Shown here one piece after another: positions 11,700-24,719 of a stretch of DNA of 64,000 nucleotides. The notes under the pieces were generated by a model that saw only the letters and a program-made list of their open reading frames with translations, did not search any database and was not told the origin of the DNA. Source of the DNA: Hemiscyllium ocellatum (taxonomy: Eukaryota); NCBI RefSeq assembly GCF_020745735.1, contig NW_026867467.1:1-64000 (forward strand). Reading direction: 5' to 3'. Made by a program: the position numbers and the translations under genes. Positions within the stretch are counted from its first letter, which is position 1. The number at the start of each line of letters is the position of its first letter.

Positions 11700-13050
11700 C
11701 TGGCAATAATACTGCTGACTTGTGCTAGCCAAGCACTCCCAGTATAGCTACAATACTGGCATGGACAATGTGGAAAATAGGCCAGGCATGTCCTGTGCAC
11801 AGAAAATAGGTCAAACCACCGTGGCGAATTACTGCTCCATCAGTCCATGCTCAATCATGAGTTAGGTGTAGGAAGGTGCTTTCAACAGTGCTATCAAGCA
11901 GCACTAGCTCAGTAATAACCTGCTCAGTGACATAAAATGTGGGTTACGCAAGGCCTACTCAGCTCATGACTGAATTACAGACTTGATTTAAACATGGCTT
12001 AAAAATGTGTTGCTGGAAAAGCGCAGCAGGTCAGGCAGCATCAAAGGAGCAGGAGAATCGACGTTTTGGACATAAATAAGCCCTTCTGAAGCCTGATTCC
12101 TGAAGAAGGGCTTATGCCCGAAACGTTGATTCTCCTGCTCCTTTGATGCTGCCTGACCTGCTGCGCTTTTCCAGCAACACATTTTTAAGCTCTGATCTCC
12201 AGCATCTGTGGTCCTCACTTTCTCCTAGTTGATTTAAACATGGACAAAGAACTGAATTCCAGAAATGAGGGAAGAGTGACAGCCCTTCACATTAAGGTCA
12301 CATTTGACAGAGTGTGATATTATGGAGTCCTAGCAAAACTGGATTCAATGGGTATCAGGTGACAACCTCCCTGCTGCCTGCAGTCAGACCTCACACATTG
12401 GAAGGTGGCTCTGCTTGTTCGAGGGCAGTTGTCTCAGCCAAAGCAAATCTCTGTTGGAGTTCCTAAAGAAAGTGTCCTTGGCCCAATCATGTTCAGCTGC
12501 TTCAGCAATGCCTTTCCCTCCCTCAGAAGGTCAGAAGTGAAATCTGCATTGATCTAGCATTTTTTTTGTGACTGCTCAGTCCACATTCAAATGCAACAAA
12601 ATCTGGACAATTTCCAGCCTTGAGCTGACAAGTGGCAAATAGCATTCACACCACAAACCTGCGAGACAATGACCATTGACAATAAGAGACAATCTAACCA
12701 AAACCCCTTGACATTCAATAGTGTTACCATCACGGAATCCCTCACCATCGACATCCTGGGTTTTATTGTTCATTAGAAATTGAGCTGGACACTCCATATA
12801 AGAGCAGGCCAGAGGCTAGGAATACTGCAGCGAGTAACTCACCCTCCTGACTTGCAAAGCCAACTGACTGTCTAAGAGACAGAAGTCAGGAGGGTAATAG
12901 CACAGCTCGCCCTTTGACTGGACAGGAGCACCTTCAACTGCACTCAAGAAGCCAGACATTGTCCAGGACAAAGCATCCCACTTGATCAGCAGCACATCCA
13001 CAAGCGTCCATTGCCTCCAAATCTGATGCTTAGTACCTGCCATTTGCTGA
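11700..13050 (+). mobile_element. Decayed CR1/L2-group LINE RT, interrupted by a Penelope-derived palindrome
   Basis: Remnants of SAIKQH..SNNLLSD, TWTKELNSR.E.RVTAL.IK..FDRV and QS.LGPIMFSCF motifs. Confidence 0.7.
11998..12228. mobile_element. Fold-back Penelope terminal-repeat element with hammerhead motif; 15-bp TSD
   Basis: Inverted arms. TSD TTGATTTAAACATGG at 11983-11997 and 12229-12243. Plus-strand GATTC CTGAAGA AGGGC TTAT GCCC GAAA CG TT GATTC at 12095-12132. Confidence 0.88.
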
Positions 13051-13138
13051 AAAATGTGTTGCTAGAAAAGCGCAGCAGGTCAGGCAGCATCAAGGAGCAG
13101 GAGAATCGATGTTTCGGGCATAAGCCCTTCTTCAGGCA
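13048..13138 (-). mobile_element. Penelope terminal-repeat fragment with hammerhead motif
   Basis: Minus strand CTGAAGAAGGGCTTATGCCCGAAACATCGATTC. Degenerate 14-bp TSD TACCTGCC(A/G)T(T/A)TGC. Confidence 0.8.
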
Positions 13139-13784
13139 TACCTGCCGTATGCACTATCTAAAATACTGCACTGCAGTAACTTAGCCACTTCCTTACACAG
13201 TACCTTCCCACTACCACTTGCATCTCGATGGATAAGAACAGCAGATACATGGGAACAGCACCACTGTAACCTCCTCTCTAAACTACTCAGCATCCTGACA
13301 TGGAAATATATCATCGATCTTTTACTGTAACTGGGTCAAAATCTGGAATTCCCTTCCTCAGGTCATTTTGGAACATGCTATTTCAGAAAGGCAGCTTTCT
13401 GCCATCTTCTGAAGGACACCTACCAACAACTAAAAGCAACCACCGTGTTCCACGAGTCAATAAAAAAATCATTGAAGCTAACATGACAGTTTGAGAAAGT
13501 GGTTAAGGAGGCATTATGAGTATGTAATAAGCAATCGAAAGGTTTGGAGTAAAGTTCCAGAATCAAACTATACCATAGTAGCTTCAATTAATGAAAGAGT
13601 ATGAAATGAAACTGCTGAAGTAATGAATGATAATCACAGACCTACCAAAGTTTTGAAGCATGTTACATGGTTCAGTATTGTCCTTCAGAGGAGGATGTGC
13701 GACCTTCCTACCTGGCTTGCCCTACCTGTTCAACAAAAAGGCGATGGTTCCTTTCCTGTGCCGAACCTGACTAAGAAACCCATC

Positions 13785-14007
13785 AGGAGAAAGTGAGGAC
13801 TGCAGGTGCTGGAGATCTGAGTTGAGAGTGTAGTGCTGGAAAAGCACAGCAGGTCAGGCAGCATCCAAGGAGCAGGAGAATCAACGTTCCAGGCATAACA
13901 ACTACATCAGGTATCTTAATAAAGGCCTTATGCCCAAAACGTCGATTCTCCTGCTCCTCGGACGCTGCCTGACCTGCTGTACTTTTCCAGCAACACAGTC
14001 TCGACTG
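13785..14007. mobile_element. Fold-back Penelope terminal-repeat element, decayed centre
   Basis: Same family and inverted arms; the hammerhead GAAA is mutated to AAAA. Confidence 0.8.
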
Positions 14008-16449
14008 AGAAGCCATTTGGTTGTAATAAAGCTTCTTAAGAAAGATCAACCATAATTAGCCGAACAAGATGGCAGGCCTCAAAAAGGGAGCTGATGACCA
14101 CCTTCTTGGGATATGTGACTAACGCTTTCATAATTCAGTGAAGAATTCAACAAATGCAAATGACGGTGAGTCAGGCTCTTCAGACAGATTTTAGATTGGT
14201 GATTGGATGCAAAGTCTCCTGAGATGTTGCTGTGAACAGCAAGAGAGTTCTTGCCAGTATTCCACTCCAATATTTGTTCATGATGTAAAGTGTCAGATTT
14301 CTTGCATTTCTGTGCTTTCTGTGCATTTCCAACATTCGGATCACAGTGACGATATCATGAGACCAGTATTCTCGAACTCCAGTTTGATGTTGAATGGCCA
14401 GGGTTTGGAATATCATCGTTTTGCATTTGAGTGAAATTTGAATTTAAAGAAATCCTGGAATCAGAAAGGAAGGCAAATGATGACCATGTAACCCGAGTCA
14501 ATGGAAAAATACAAAAACAGCTGGTTCACAAATGACAATGCATCTGTCACATCTACATGGTCTGGCCGACATGAGATTCCAGACCCACTGGGAAGTAATT
14601 GACTGTGTTCTGAAGTGGCTTTAGCAAGCTATTCAATGGGCAGTTGGGGATAGGGACTCATTGCTGACCCTTACCATTAAGTAATACGTGTAACGAAACC
14701 TCGTAACAACTATATCAATTAAATGTAATTGTTGCGGCAGTTCCTGTATTTCACGTGAATATTCTAAATTTGCAGAATTTTCAGCACTGAATTGTTAACC
14801 TAAATAAAAGTTTTAAATTATTTATCTTTCAGAAATAAATAAAATCTGTTGCAATTCGGCTTCATAAATTTTTATTCACTTCTGCAAATGGTCAACATTC
14901 TTAAAATAAACTTGTTTCGATTTGAAACTTACCAACAAATCACTTCATTCACCTGGCTTTGCTGCCAACATCACTTCCTTGAAGCCAATTAAGCATTTAT
15001 GTAAATAAACACAGAAATAGAATTCTCAGAATAGATTACAGAACCACAAAACCCTCATTTATATTTCCCCACAAGCACAGCACACGAATTGTGGAAAAAA
15101 TGCAAATAACTCAATGGATTCCAATACTAATTGATGTTCGGACTTTTTAATACATAAGTTGTATGATTGTTGAATGACAGAGGTATCAATTGTCATGTTT
15201 AGTCAAAAAACTATAATTAAGAGATACATTGGCACAGCTAATATTTCTGTGTCTCTTTTTCTCTCTTCCCCTCCTGCCATCTCCCTTTTTTCTTTATCTC
15301 TGATGCCTTGTTTTGCCTCTCCACAATCGGACAATGTTTTCCCCCATAACATGAAGCCAACACCTCACCAACATTGCCTCTCAGCCAAATTCATCCATTT
15401 CTTTCGAGAGATTTGAGTCAGGACAAGATTTTCTCAAAAATCTGTCTGAGCATTGAGTGATCTGGAAACGCTTGATAGGAATGAGGCTGCAAGACTTTAC
15501 TGTGTTAGTGTTTTCATTGTATCTCTGCACTATTATTCTTGTCTGAGGAATGTTTAATGGTTCAATGTAATGCATATTTAGTCTATAATTAACCTTACGC
15601 TGCACATCTCATGGAAGGTTTAATATTATAGAGGTCAATTTATTCTGTATCGACTCTGGGAGGATGTTTTTTAGGGAATCCTGGATGCAGCTCTACTCTG
15701 TGTCTAAACCAAAATATATTTGACATGATTGCATTGGACAACACAATATAGAGGGAGATTTACCCAGCACATTACATGAGCTGTACAATCACAGAAAACA
15801 TTTGATGTAGCCGTGTAAAGGGGTTTGAACTCCTACCCACTGTCTTTCTGATTTTGAAATGCTTGACACCAGAATAAAAAGGGAACAACACTATGCATCG
15901 AAACTTTGTTATACAAGTAGACTATCATTTACAGGCACAGACATACACACACACATAAGCAAATCATCTCTGAACAACCCTTGCAGTGTTTAATGGATGA
16001 GTACTGAGAGAGCTTTACTATGCAATGTGTGTGTATTCCATGCAACACATGCTGACAGTGTGCTTGATATGGTAGTTTAAATGTAGTTTTGATCTGTCTT
16101 TAACCTTTTCTGTGACAGATGTGGTTGTGTTTGACAAATATTTAACAGAACTGAAGGACTATAAATGTAGTCACTGCATTAGAGGCAGAATGCAATGCCA
16201 CCAAACAGTGAGAAAGATGATCCCTGTCTTTTTTCATGATGAGGGGGGATTGAAGCAGCTGGGCTTCAAACATGGAGGTTAATTTAGATGAGACCTATAT
16301 AATTCTGAAAAGACTAACTTAGAGCAAAGGTCAATGAGAGGGAACCAGAAGCGGTCTGTTCAGCCAATGGGGTTTGGGCTTCCAAACAATGACATCATAG
16401 CTGAGCTGATAATCCTCACCTCCATTTTTACAGCGTTTAACTGTAAGCA

Positions 16450-17710
16450 TTGATTCAATTCCCAAATCAAAACCTGCCCATTTCAGCCTTCAGTGTTCTA
16501 TGGAAACAAATTCCACAGATTCACTACATTCTGGGAGACAAAATTCTGTTCTGCCTGACATTTGTGACCTCTAATTCAGAGAGTTTACTCACTGGCCCGA
16601 ACCTCTCCCACAAGGGGAAACATTTCTGCATTTACACCATCAAGTTTCCTGAAAATAATAGATGTTTCAGAATGTCACCACTGAATCTTCTATTTTCTAA
16701 TGAGTATAGGCCCAAACGACTCAGTCTCTACTCTCAAGACAGTCCCTTCATCCTCAGGATCAGTCGACTAAACCTCGTGTGGATTGTCTCACAGTCCAGT
16801 GTACCTTTTCTTTGTGAGATGAGTCCCAAGAACAGTCCATCGTATTTCAGCTGTGGTAAAAATAGAGCTTCTTTTCAGTTTTAACAAACATTATAGTCAT
16901 ACAGATATCAGGCACAGAAACAGACCCTTCGGTCCAACTGCACTGCCCAGATATCCCAACCTGACTGAGTACCATTTGCCAAACATTTGGCCTATCTTTC
17001 TCTAAATGTTCCCTGTTCATACACCCATCCAGGTGCCTTTTAAATGCAGTAATTGAACCCACCTCCACCACTATCACTGGCAACTGTTTCCAGTCACACA
17101 CGTGAAAAGGTTACCCCTCAGGTTCTTTTCAAACGTTTCTCCTCTCACCTTAATCTGCTGTCCTCTAGTTTTGGACTCTCCCACTCGAGGAAAAAGGCCT
17201 TGGCTATTCATCATATCAATGCCCTGCATGGTTTTATAGGGTCTTGTTCAGGCCACTCCTCAGCCTCCTTTCCTCTCACTGTAGGGAAAAGAAAAGCCCC
17301 AGCCTATTCAGCTTCACCTTATACCTTAAGCACTCCAGTTCCAGCATCATTCTTGGAAATCTTTTCTACATCCCCTCAAGTTTCACAAAATCCTTCATAG
17401 AAATGGTCAGCCAGATTTGTCTGTAATAATTCTAAACGTGGCCTCACAAATGTTCTGTACAGCTGAGAGATGACATCTCGACTCCTACACTTAATGTTAT
17501 GACCAATGAAGGAAAGCATGCCAAACACCTTCTTCCCCACCCTGTCTACCTGCAACTCCACTTTCAAAGAATGATGCATCTGCTCCCTTTGGTTTCTTTG
17601 CTCAGCAACACTCCCCAAGGCCCAGCCATTAATTGTATAAGTCTTGCCCTGGTTTGCCTTACAAAAATGCAGCACCTCACATTTATTTAATAAAGTTTGG
17701 GTTCATGAAA
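16450..17710 (-). mobile_element. CR1-type LINE RT C-terminal fragments and 3' ends
   Basis: KVELQVDRVGKKVFGMLSFIGHNIKCRSRDVISQLYRTFVRPRLE plus the family 3' tail. Confidence 0.85.
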
Positions 17711-17714
17711 GGCA

Positions 17715-18900
17715 GGTCATGTTTAACTGATTAATTGGAATTCTTTGAGGTCATAATGAGCGTGGTAGACAATGGGGAACTGGTGAACGTGGTGGATCTG
17801 GATTTCCAAATGGCATTCAGCAAGGTGCTGCACAAAAGGCTGCTGCATAAGATAAAGATGCACAGTGTTACAGGCAATGCATTAGCATGGACAGAAAACT
17901 GGCTAACTAACAGAATGCAAAACGTGGGGATAAATGGGTGTTTTTCTGGTTGGCAATCAGTGGCGAGTGGTGTGTCTCAGGGATGAGTGTTGGGACTGCA
18001 ATTGTTTACAATTCAGGTCGATTGCTTCGAGTTAGAGATCCAAGTGTAGTGTGTTGTAGTTCGCAGAAGGCACTTAAATGAGTGATAGAGCAAAGTGTGC
18101 AGGAGGATATAGACAGGTTAAGTGAGTGGGCAAGAGTCTGGCAGATGGAGTACAATGTTAGTAAACGTGAGGTCATCCATTTTGGGAGGAATAATAACAA
18201 ACAGAATGCTGCTGTGCAGGGGGACTTGGCTGTTCTTGTGCATGAAACACAAAAGTATAGTTTGCAAGTACAGTAGCTAATTAGGAAGACAAATGGAATA
18301 GTGTCCTTCATTGGCAGTGGATAGAGTTTAAAATTAGGACTTTCTGCTGCAGCTGTATAGGGCGCTGGTGTGACCATGCCTGGAGTACTCTGTACACTTT
18401 TCATCACCTTACATGAGATGGCATTGGGGTGGGGTTTGCTGAGGAGGTTGATTATGTTGATTCTGGAAATGAGGGGGTTGGCTTGTGAGGAGAGATTGAG
18501 CAGACTGGGATTATACTCATTGGAATTCAGAACAATGTGGGAGGGGGGTTGTAAAATTATAAATGGGATAGATAAGACAGAAGCAGGGAGGCTATTTCCA
18601 CTGGTGGGTGAAATTAGAATGACGGGGCATAACCTCAAAATAAGGACAACAGATTTAGGACTGAGTTGAGGATCAACATCTTCACCCAAAGGGTTGTGAA
18701 GCTGTGGAATCCCCTGCCTAGTGAAGCAGCTGAGGCCAACCTGTTGAATGGTTTAAAGGTAAAATAGATTTTTTAACAGTAAAGGAATGGAGGGTTATAG
18801 TGAGCGGGTGGGTAAGTGGAATCTTAGTCCATTGAAAGATGATCCATGATGATATTGAAAGGCAGAGCAGACTCGTGGGGTCAGATGGCCTACTCCTGAT
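17715..18900 (+). mobile_element. CR1-type LINE RT region, decayed
   Basis: LDFQMAFSKVLHKRLLHKIK...SGWQSVASGVSQG and DIDRLSEWARVWQMEYNVSK. Confidence 0.9.
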
Positions 18901-19079
18901 CGTATTTCTAATGTTTGGATGTTGTTATGTTCTAACAGGCCTCCAATCCAAAACGTAATGCTCTCTGACTACTAAGTAAAAACTGAAAGAGCAGTGGATG
19001 CTGTGTATCAGAAACAAAAACGGAAACTGCTGGAAATGTTCAGAAGGTCTGGCAGCATCTCTGGCGTGAAAGGCTCACC

Positions 19080-20420
19080 AGTTTATGGTTCCCTGGCTTT
19101 TCCATACAACTTTCTTCAATAATGCTGCCACATTAGTCACTCTCCAGTCTTCTGGCATCTCATCTATGATTATCGATGATACAAATATCTCAGCAAGGGG
19201 TCCACGAATCTCTTCCCTAGCTTCCCACAAAGTTCTGAGAAATACCTAATCAGCTCTCCAGGATTTATTTCCATTTTTTACTTTAAGACCCCCAACACCT
19301 CCTCTTCTGTAAGATGAACTCATTTGATCTTTAAGGGCTGTATTCTCTTCTTAGTTATTCTTTTAACCTTAAAATAATTTTAGAATCTTTTCGGATTCTC
19401 CTTAATTCTATTTGCCATGCAATTTCATGCCCCCTTTTTTCCCTCATGATTTCCTGGTGAAGTATACTCCGACTGCCCTTACACCCTTCTCAGGATTCAC
19501 TCAATCCCAGCTGTCTATATCTGATGAATGCCCCCTTCGTTTTCTGGACAGGAGTTGCAATTTCCCTCATCATTGAGCTTTTCCCATGCCTTGCCCTTCA
19601 CACAAACAGAAACATACCATCACTGAACTCTCATTGTCTCATTCTTAAAGGCCTCCCACTTGTCAGTCGTCCCTTTACCTGTGAATAACCTCCCCCAACC
19701 AACTTCTCAAAGTCTTATACCATCAAAACTGGCCACACTCCAATTTGAAACTTTCATTTTTAAATCAATTCTATCCTTTCTCATCATTATTATCAAACCA
19801 ATAGAATTATGATCACTTTCCCTGAAGCGTGCCCCTACAGACACCTCAGTCACTTGTCCTGCCTTGATTCCCAACAGAAGGTCAAGTATTGCGAACTGTC
19901 CAGTAGGTCCATCCACATATTGAATAACAATATTTTCTTGTACAGACTTAACCAATTTCTCCACATTCCAAGATCTTAACACTACCCCAAACTCTGGTTG
20001 GAAAGTTAAAATTCCCTACCATTATCCTCTTTCCTTACAGATAGCAGAATCGCTTGTAATTTTCCCACTGACTATTAGGAGGCCCATTTTACAATCCCAG
20101 CAAGGTCATCACCTCTTTCTTATTTTTAAGTTTCATCCATATAACTTCACTGGGCAGTCTCCAAGAAATATCCTCTCTACATCCAGCTGTAATGTTCTTT
20201 CTAACCAAGAACACTCCTCCACCTCCTCTCTTGCTCCTCTGTCTATCCATTCTATAACATCTGTATCCTGGAACATTAAGTTGTCAGTCCTGTTCATCCC
20301 TGAGCCACATTTCTGTAATGGTAATGTTATCCTTGTCCCACATTCCCATCTATGCCCTATGTTCATCTGTCTCACATGTCAGGCCTCTTCCATCGAAGTA
20401 AATGCAGTTTAACGTTCTTA
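19080..20420 (-). mobile_element. CR1-type LINE endonuclease/linker fragment
   Basis: QYVDGPTGQFAILDLLLG...RESDHNSI, the C-terminal motifs of an AP endonuclease. Confidence 0.8.
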
Positions 20421-20749
20421 CTTTGCTCTTGCCAAACTGTTGTCTGCCTTGACCCCGAGAATTGCTCACAGCATCTCACCTCAAACACTTCTCTTTTCTC
20501 ACTATCTTGTTAGTTCCCACCATCCACCTTACTAATTTAAAACCTTCAGCATACTGCTAGCAAATTTCCCCACAAGAATATCGGTCCCCTTCCAAGTCAG
20601 GTCCCTCTTATATAGGTCATTTCTATCCCTGAAGAGATCCCAATGATTGAAAAATGGGAATCCTAACCCCTGCAGCAGTTCCTCAGCTACACATTCGCTG
20701 CTTTATCTGACTGTTCCTAATCTCAATATTCCATTAGTTTTTAAACAAA

Positions 20750-21480
20750 CCCCAACATGACATTTGCCATCTTTATTGACAGTTGAAATTAAAAGCTAAC
20801 TTTTTGTGGTTCGGAGATGCAGACTCCCTGTAGATTTCTGAATTCAATCTCTACCTTGCCTGTTAAAATGCACAAGTTCACTGTTTATGTCTGTTCTCAT
20901 TTATTTAATCCACATTACATTAATGTGCAAAACTCCTTGTTCACTCCCATCCTATCTGTATCGCTCCGCAAACTTCTTTTTGTGTCATACTCACCACTTG
21001 TCTCCGCTCCAATTTTTGTGTCATTCGCAAACTTGCCTACAATATACTCACTTTCCTCATCTAAGTCATCAAAATACTTTGTACATTTTTTTGTCCCCCA
21101 GAACAGATTTATGTGGTCCTCCACACTTTGACATCCTGTAAAATAAAACACTTAATCAAACTTTTTGGATTGGGATTTCAAAAATCCTCTCTCCACGTTA
21201 ATACAGTCCCTCCAAAGCCAAGGCTCCTTTCTTATTCAGTAATCTTATGCATGGGTGCTATCAAACACCTTCAGAAAATCAAAACATATTACAATCACCG
21301 TTTCCTCCATTTTCTCCAAGAATTCCAATACATTTATCAGGCAAGATTTCCATTTTGTAAAGCCATTCCCAGTTTTCTGCTGGAACATCCTTTTTTAAAG
21401 ACTCCACCATTTTTTTCAATAAATGATGTTAAACTAAGTAGCCTCAGTCAATCTTTTGTGTGCCTTAACTTTTTATGAGT
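20750..21480 (-). mobile_element. CR1-type LINE RT fragment
   Basis: GKFANDTKIG...LRSDTDR, a FADD-like motif. Confidence 0.75.
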
Positions 21481-21779
21481 GAAGGTGTTGGTTGAAGGAT
21501 CTACTATCAGCCGTCACTTCCACCTGCTGGAGAAGCACTGTCATCTACTGTGAAAAACTCAACAAATTGTGTCTATGTTCATTTACTGAGAAAGCAATTC
21601 CACAAATGTTCTAGCTCATCACCTTCTGCTGGCGGTCCCAGATTTTACGAAGCTATTCATTGAAAGTCGACAAGGCTAATTAACATCAAATCAAGATCAA
21701 TAATTGAGCAGAAATATCTCAATTCCTGGTCACGTATTTTTGTTCATCTCGTTTTAGGACATTAGCTTTGACAATGTGG

Positions 21780-22940
21780 AGACTGTATGGGTGGAGCTGT
21801 GAAATACCAAGGGACAAAAAACATTAGTGGGTGTCATAGACAGACCCCTAGACTGCAGTGGTCGTATCGGAATAGTATTAAACAGGAAATTAGCCAAGCA
21901 TGTGATATGGAGACATCTGTGACCATGGGTGATTTTAATCTGCATCTAGATTGGACAAATCAAATTAGCCACAATGTCTTAGAGGAAAAATTCCTGGAGT
22001 ACATACAGGATGGTTTTCTTAACCAATATGTGGATGAACCAACTAGAGAGCAGGCCATCTTAGACTGGGTACTGTGTAATGAGAAGGGAATCATTGCCAA
22101 TCTAGCTGCGTGAGACTCCTTGGGGATGAGTGACCATGACATGATACAACGTTTTTTTATCAAGATGGAGAGTGAGCCAGCTGATTTGGAGACTAGGGTG
22201 CTGAATTTTAATAAAGGAAACTATGAAGATATATAAGGCATGAGTTGGCGTTGATAGATCAGTGAAAGTTGCTTAAAGGTGTGCCAGTAGATAGGCATTG
22301 GCAAATATTCAAGGAAATCATGGGGGAACTGCAACAACTATTTATTCCTGTCTGGTACAAAAGCAAAATGGGTAACAGGGCCAATCCATGGCTTATAAAG
22401 GAAATTAGATAGCATCCAATTGAAGGAAATAGCATAGAAATGGGCCAAGAAAAATAACAGGTCTGATATTTGAGAGCAGTTTCGAATTCAGCAAAGAAGG
22501 ACCAAGGGATTGATTAAGATGGGGAAAACACAGTACAAAAGAAAGTAAGCTTGCAGGGAACATGAAGACTGATGCTACAAGGTTCTACAGTACATGAAGA
22601 GAAAGAGATTGATGAAGACAAATGTTAGGTCCCTATAGATGGAAATTGGGGAAATGTATAACAAAGGACAACGAACAGCTGAGCAATTGTATACATCCTT
22701 TAGTTCTGTCTTCACAAAAACCGACAGTTATACAGGAGGTGGGTGAGGCTGCAGTTGGAGCATGTGTTCTGTTTTGGTCACCTTGCTCAGGGAAGGATGT
22801 TATTAAACTGGAAAGAGTGCAGAAGAAATTTATAAGGATGTTGCTCGCACTCAGTGTTATAAGGAGAGGCTGAACAAGCTTTTTCTTTTCTTGGCAGTCT
22901 AGGAGACTGAGAGGGGATCTTATAGAACTGTACAAAATTA
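21780..22940 (+). mobile_element. CR1-type LINE fragments (endonuclease to RT, internally deleted)
   Basis: VTMGDFNLHLDW...GFLNQYVDEPTREQAILDWVLCNE and LERVQKKFIRML. Confidence 0.88.
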
Positions 22941-23019
22941 TGAGAGGCAGACACTCAGTTTTTTTTGTCTTGAAGAAGTTTTCCTCCTCTGTCTTTCCAA
23001 TCTGCAGGCTCCCTGCCTC

Positions 23020-23140
23020 TATTCCTGATGAAGGGTTTTTGCCCGACACGTCGATTTTCCTGCTCCTCGGATGCTGCCTGACCTGCTGTGCTTTTCCAGC
23101 ACCACTCTCATCTAGACTCTGGTTTCCAGCATCTGCAGTC
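23020..23140 (+). mobile_element. Penelope terminal-repeat fragment, hammerhead core mutated
   Basis: ATTC CTGATGA AGGGTTTTTGCCC GACA CG TC GATT. Confidence 0.8.
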
Positions 23141-23149
23141 CTTTTAACT

Positions 23150-23405
23150 AGTTGGTTTATATCAGACAGGCAGAGATTAGTGTCAGTGACTGTGGGGCTG
23201 GTTTATATCAGACGCGGGAGATTGGTATTAGTGACTGTGAGGCTGGTTTATATCAGACTGGAAGAAACTGTTGTCACTGTCTGTGGGGCAGGGTGAAATC
23301 AGACATGGGGAGACTTGTGTCTGTGGGGTGGTTTATATTCGACAGGGGGTGATTGGTGTCAGTGAGTGAGGGGCTGGTTTATATCTGACAGGAGGAGTTT
23401 GGTGA
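23150..23405. repeat. ~45-bp minisatellite, ~6 degenerate copies
   Basis: Unit ~TGGTTTATATCAGACAGGGAGATTGGTGTCAGTGACTGTGGGGC. Confidence 0.85.
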
Positions 23406-24461
23406 GGATGTTATAAAGCCAGAAAAGGATCACTTCATGTTTTAATTCTCTTTCAAGGCATACTGGGCACTCAAGGGTTAAACACTCCACTGTGAACAGA
23501 CTCACTCCAGGATCAATTACAGAATAGACAGAACATCTCAGTAGGATAACTGAATCTTCGAGAAGGAATCCATTGCAGCCACACATGTGGATTCCTCTGC
23601 AGCCTCAAGCAACGGTATTTGTCCTCCCCAGCCAAGACTGATAGCCTTGGCTGCAACCCTGTTCAACTGCCTCCTGCTCCTATTATCTTGCTTCTCTCCG
23701 TATTAGCATAGGGATGTGAATTCCCCGTTGAAAACAGGCAAAACCCTTCAGTTTTAATCTCTTCCCATTGACACATGATCATGAAGAATACGATAATCAG
23801 TTGTTATCGCAGGACATCAACATTCACCGGACCTTGTAAAATTATAATTGCCCATCTTAAACAATGTAACGACAGTCAACCATGTGGATTATAGACCTTT
23901 TGTATCACCACAAGTAGATACACAACTACTTTCAGGGACATGGAGAATCTCACGCTGCACTCCAATAATAAAGCATCTGCTGTTGTACTCAAACTTGTGT
24001 CGCCTGGATTTGTGGAACAAAATATAGATTAACAGCCTCACAATTCTATGTTTGATTTTTCATTTTCAATCAGGAAGTGTCTGCTTCACCTTCCCATATC
24101 TAACAAACCATCAGATTTCATCTCTGCAGCCTCAGATCCTCTCTGTAACCACAAATAAACACTGAGTGCCGAAGATATTTAGCAGGTGCAGAAGCATCTG
24201 CAGAGAGCGAGAACAGAGTTCAAATCCAGGTCTGACAGTGTGTCAGAATAAAGCTCAATCTTGTGGTACTGCCACATTGACAATTGTTAGTGCCAACACC
24301 TCAGTCAAAGTCTCTTCATTGTCCTGTTTTTTATCGAATGGCAGTGGTCTACAGTGCAGAACAAGTCCCTTCAGCCCATTGATTCTGTGCCAGTCAAAAA
24401 CAACCATCAAACTATGGTAACCTCATTTCTCAGCCCTCGGCCCATCACCTTGTATCAGGTA

Positions 24462-24570
24462 AAAACAATGACTGCAGATGCTGGAAACCAGAGTCTAGAT
24501 TAGAGTGGTGCTGGAAAAGCCCAGCAAGTCAGGCAGCATCCAAGGAGCAGGAAAATTGACGTTTCGGGCA
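24462..24570 (-). mobile_element. Penelope terminal-repeat fragment truncated within the hammerhead
   Basis: Matches the 23020-23140 subfamily on the opposite strand and ends at TTTGCCCGAAACGTC. Confidence 0.75.
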
Positions 24571-24719
24571 AACAGTACAGACTACAGATTCAAAAACACC
24601 AGCAACGGTTCTCCTTCAAGACCCATCACCTTGTATGTCTTGGCATTGCAAGTGCACATCTGAATACTTCTTCAATGATTTGAGAGCTTCTGTCTGTAAT
24701 GCCCTTCCGGCAGTGAATT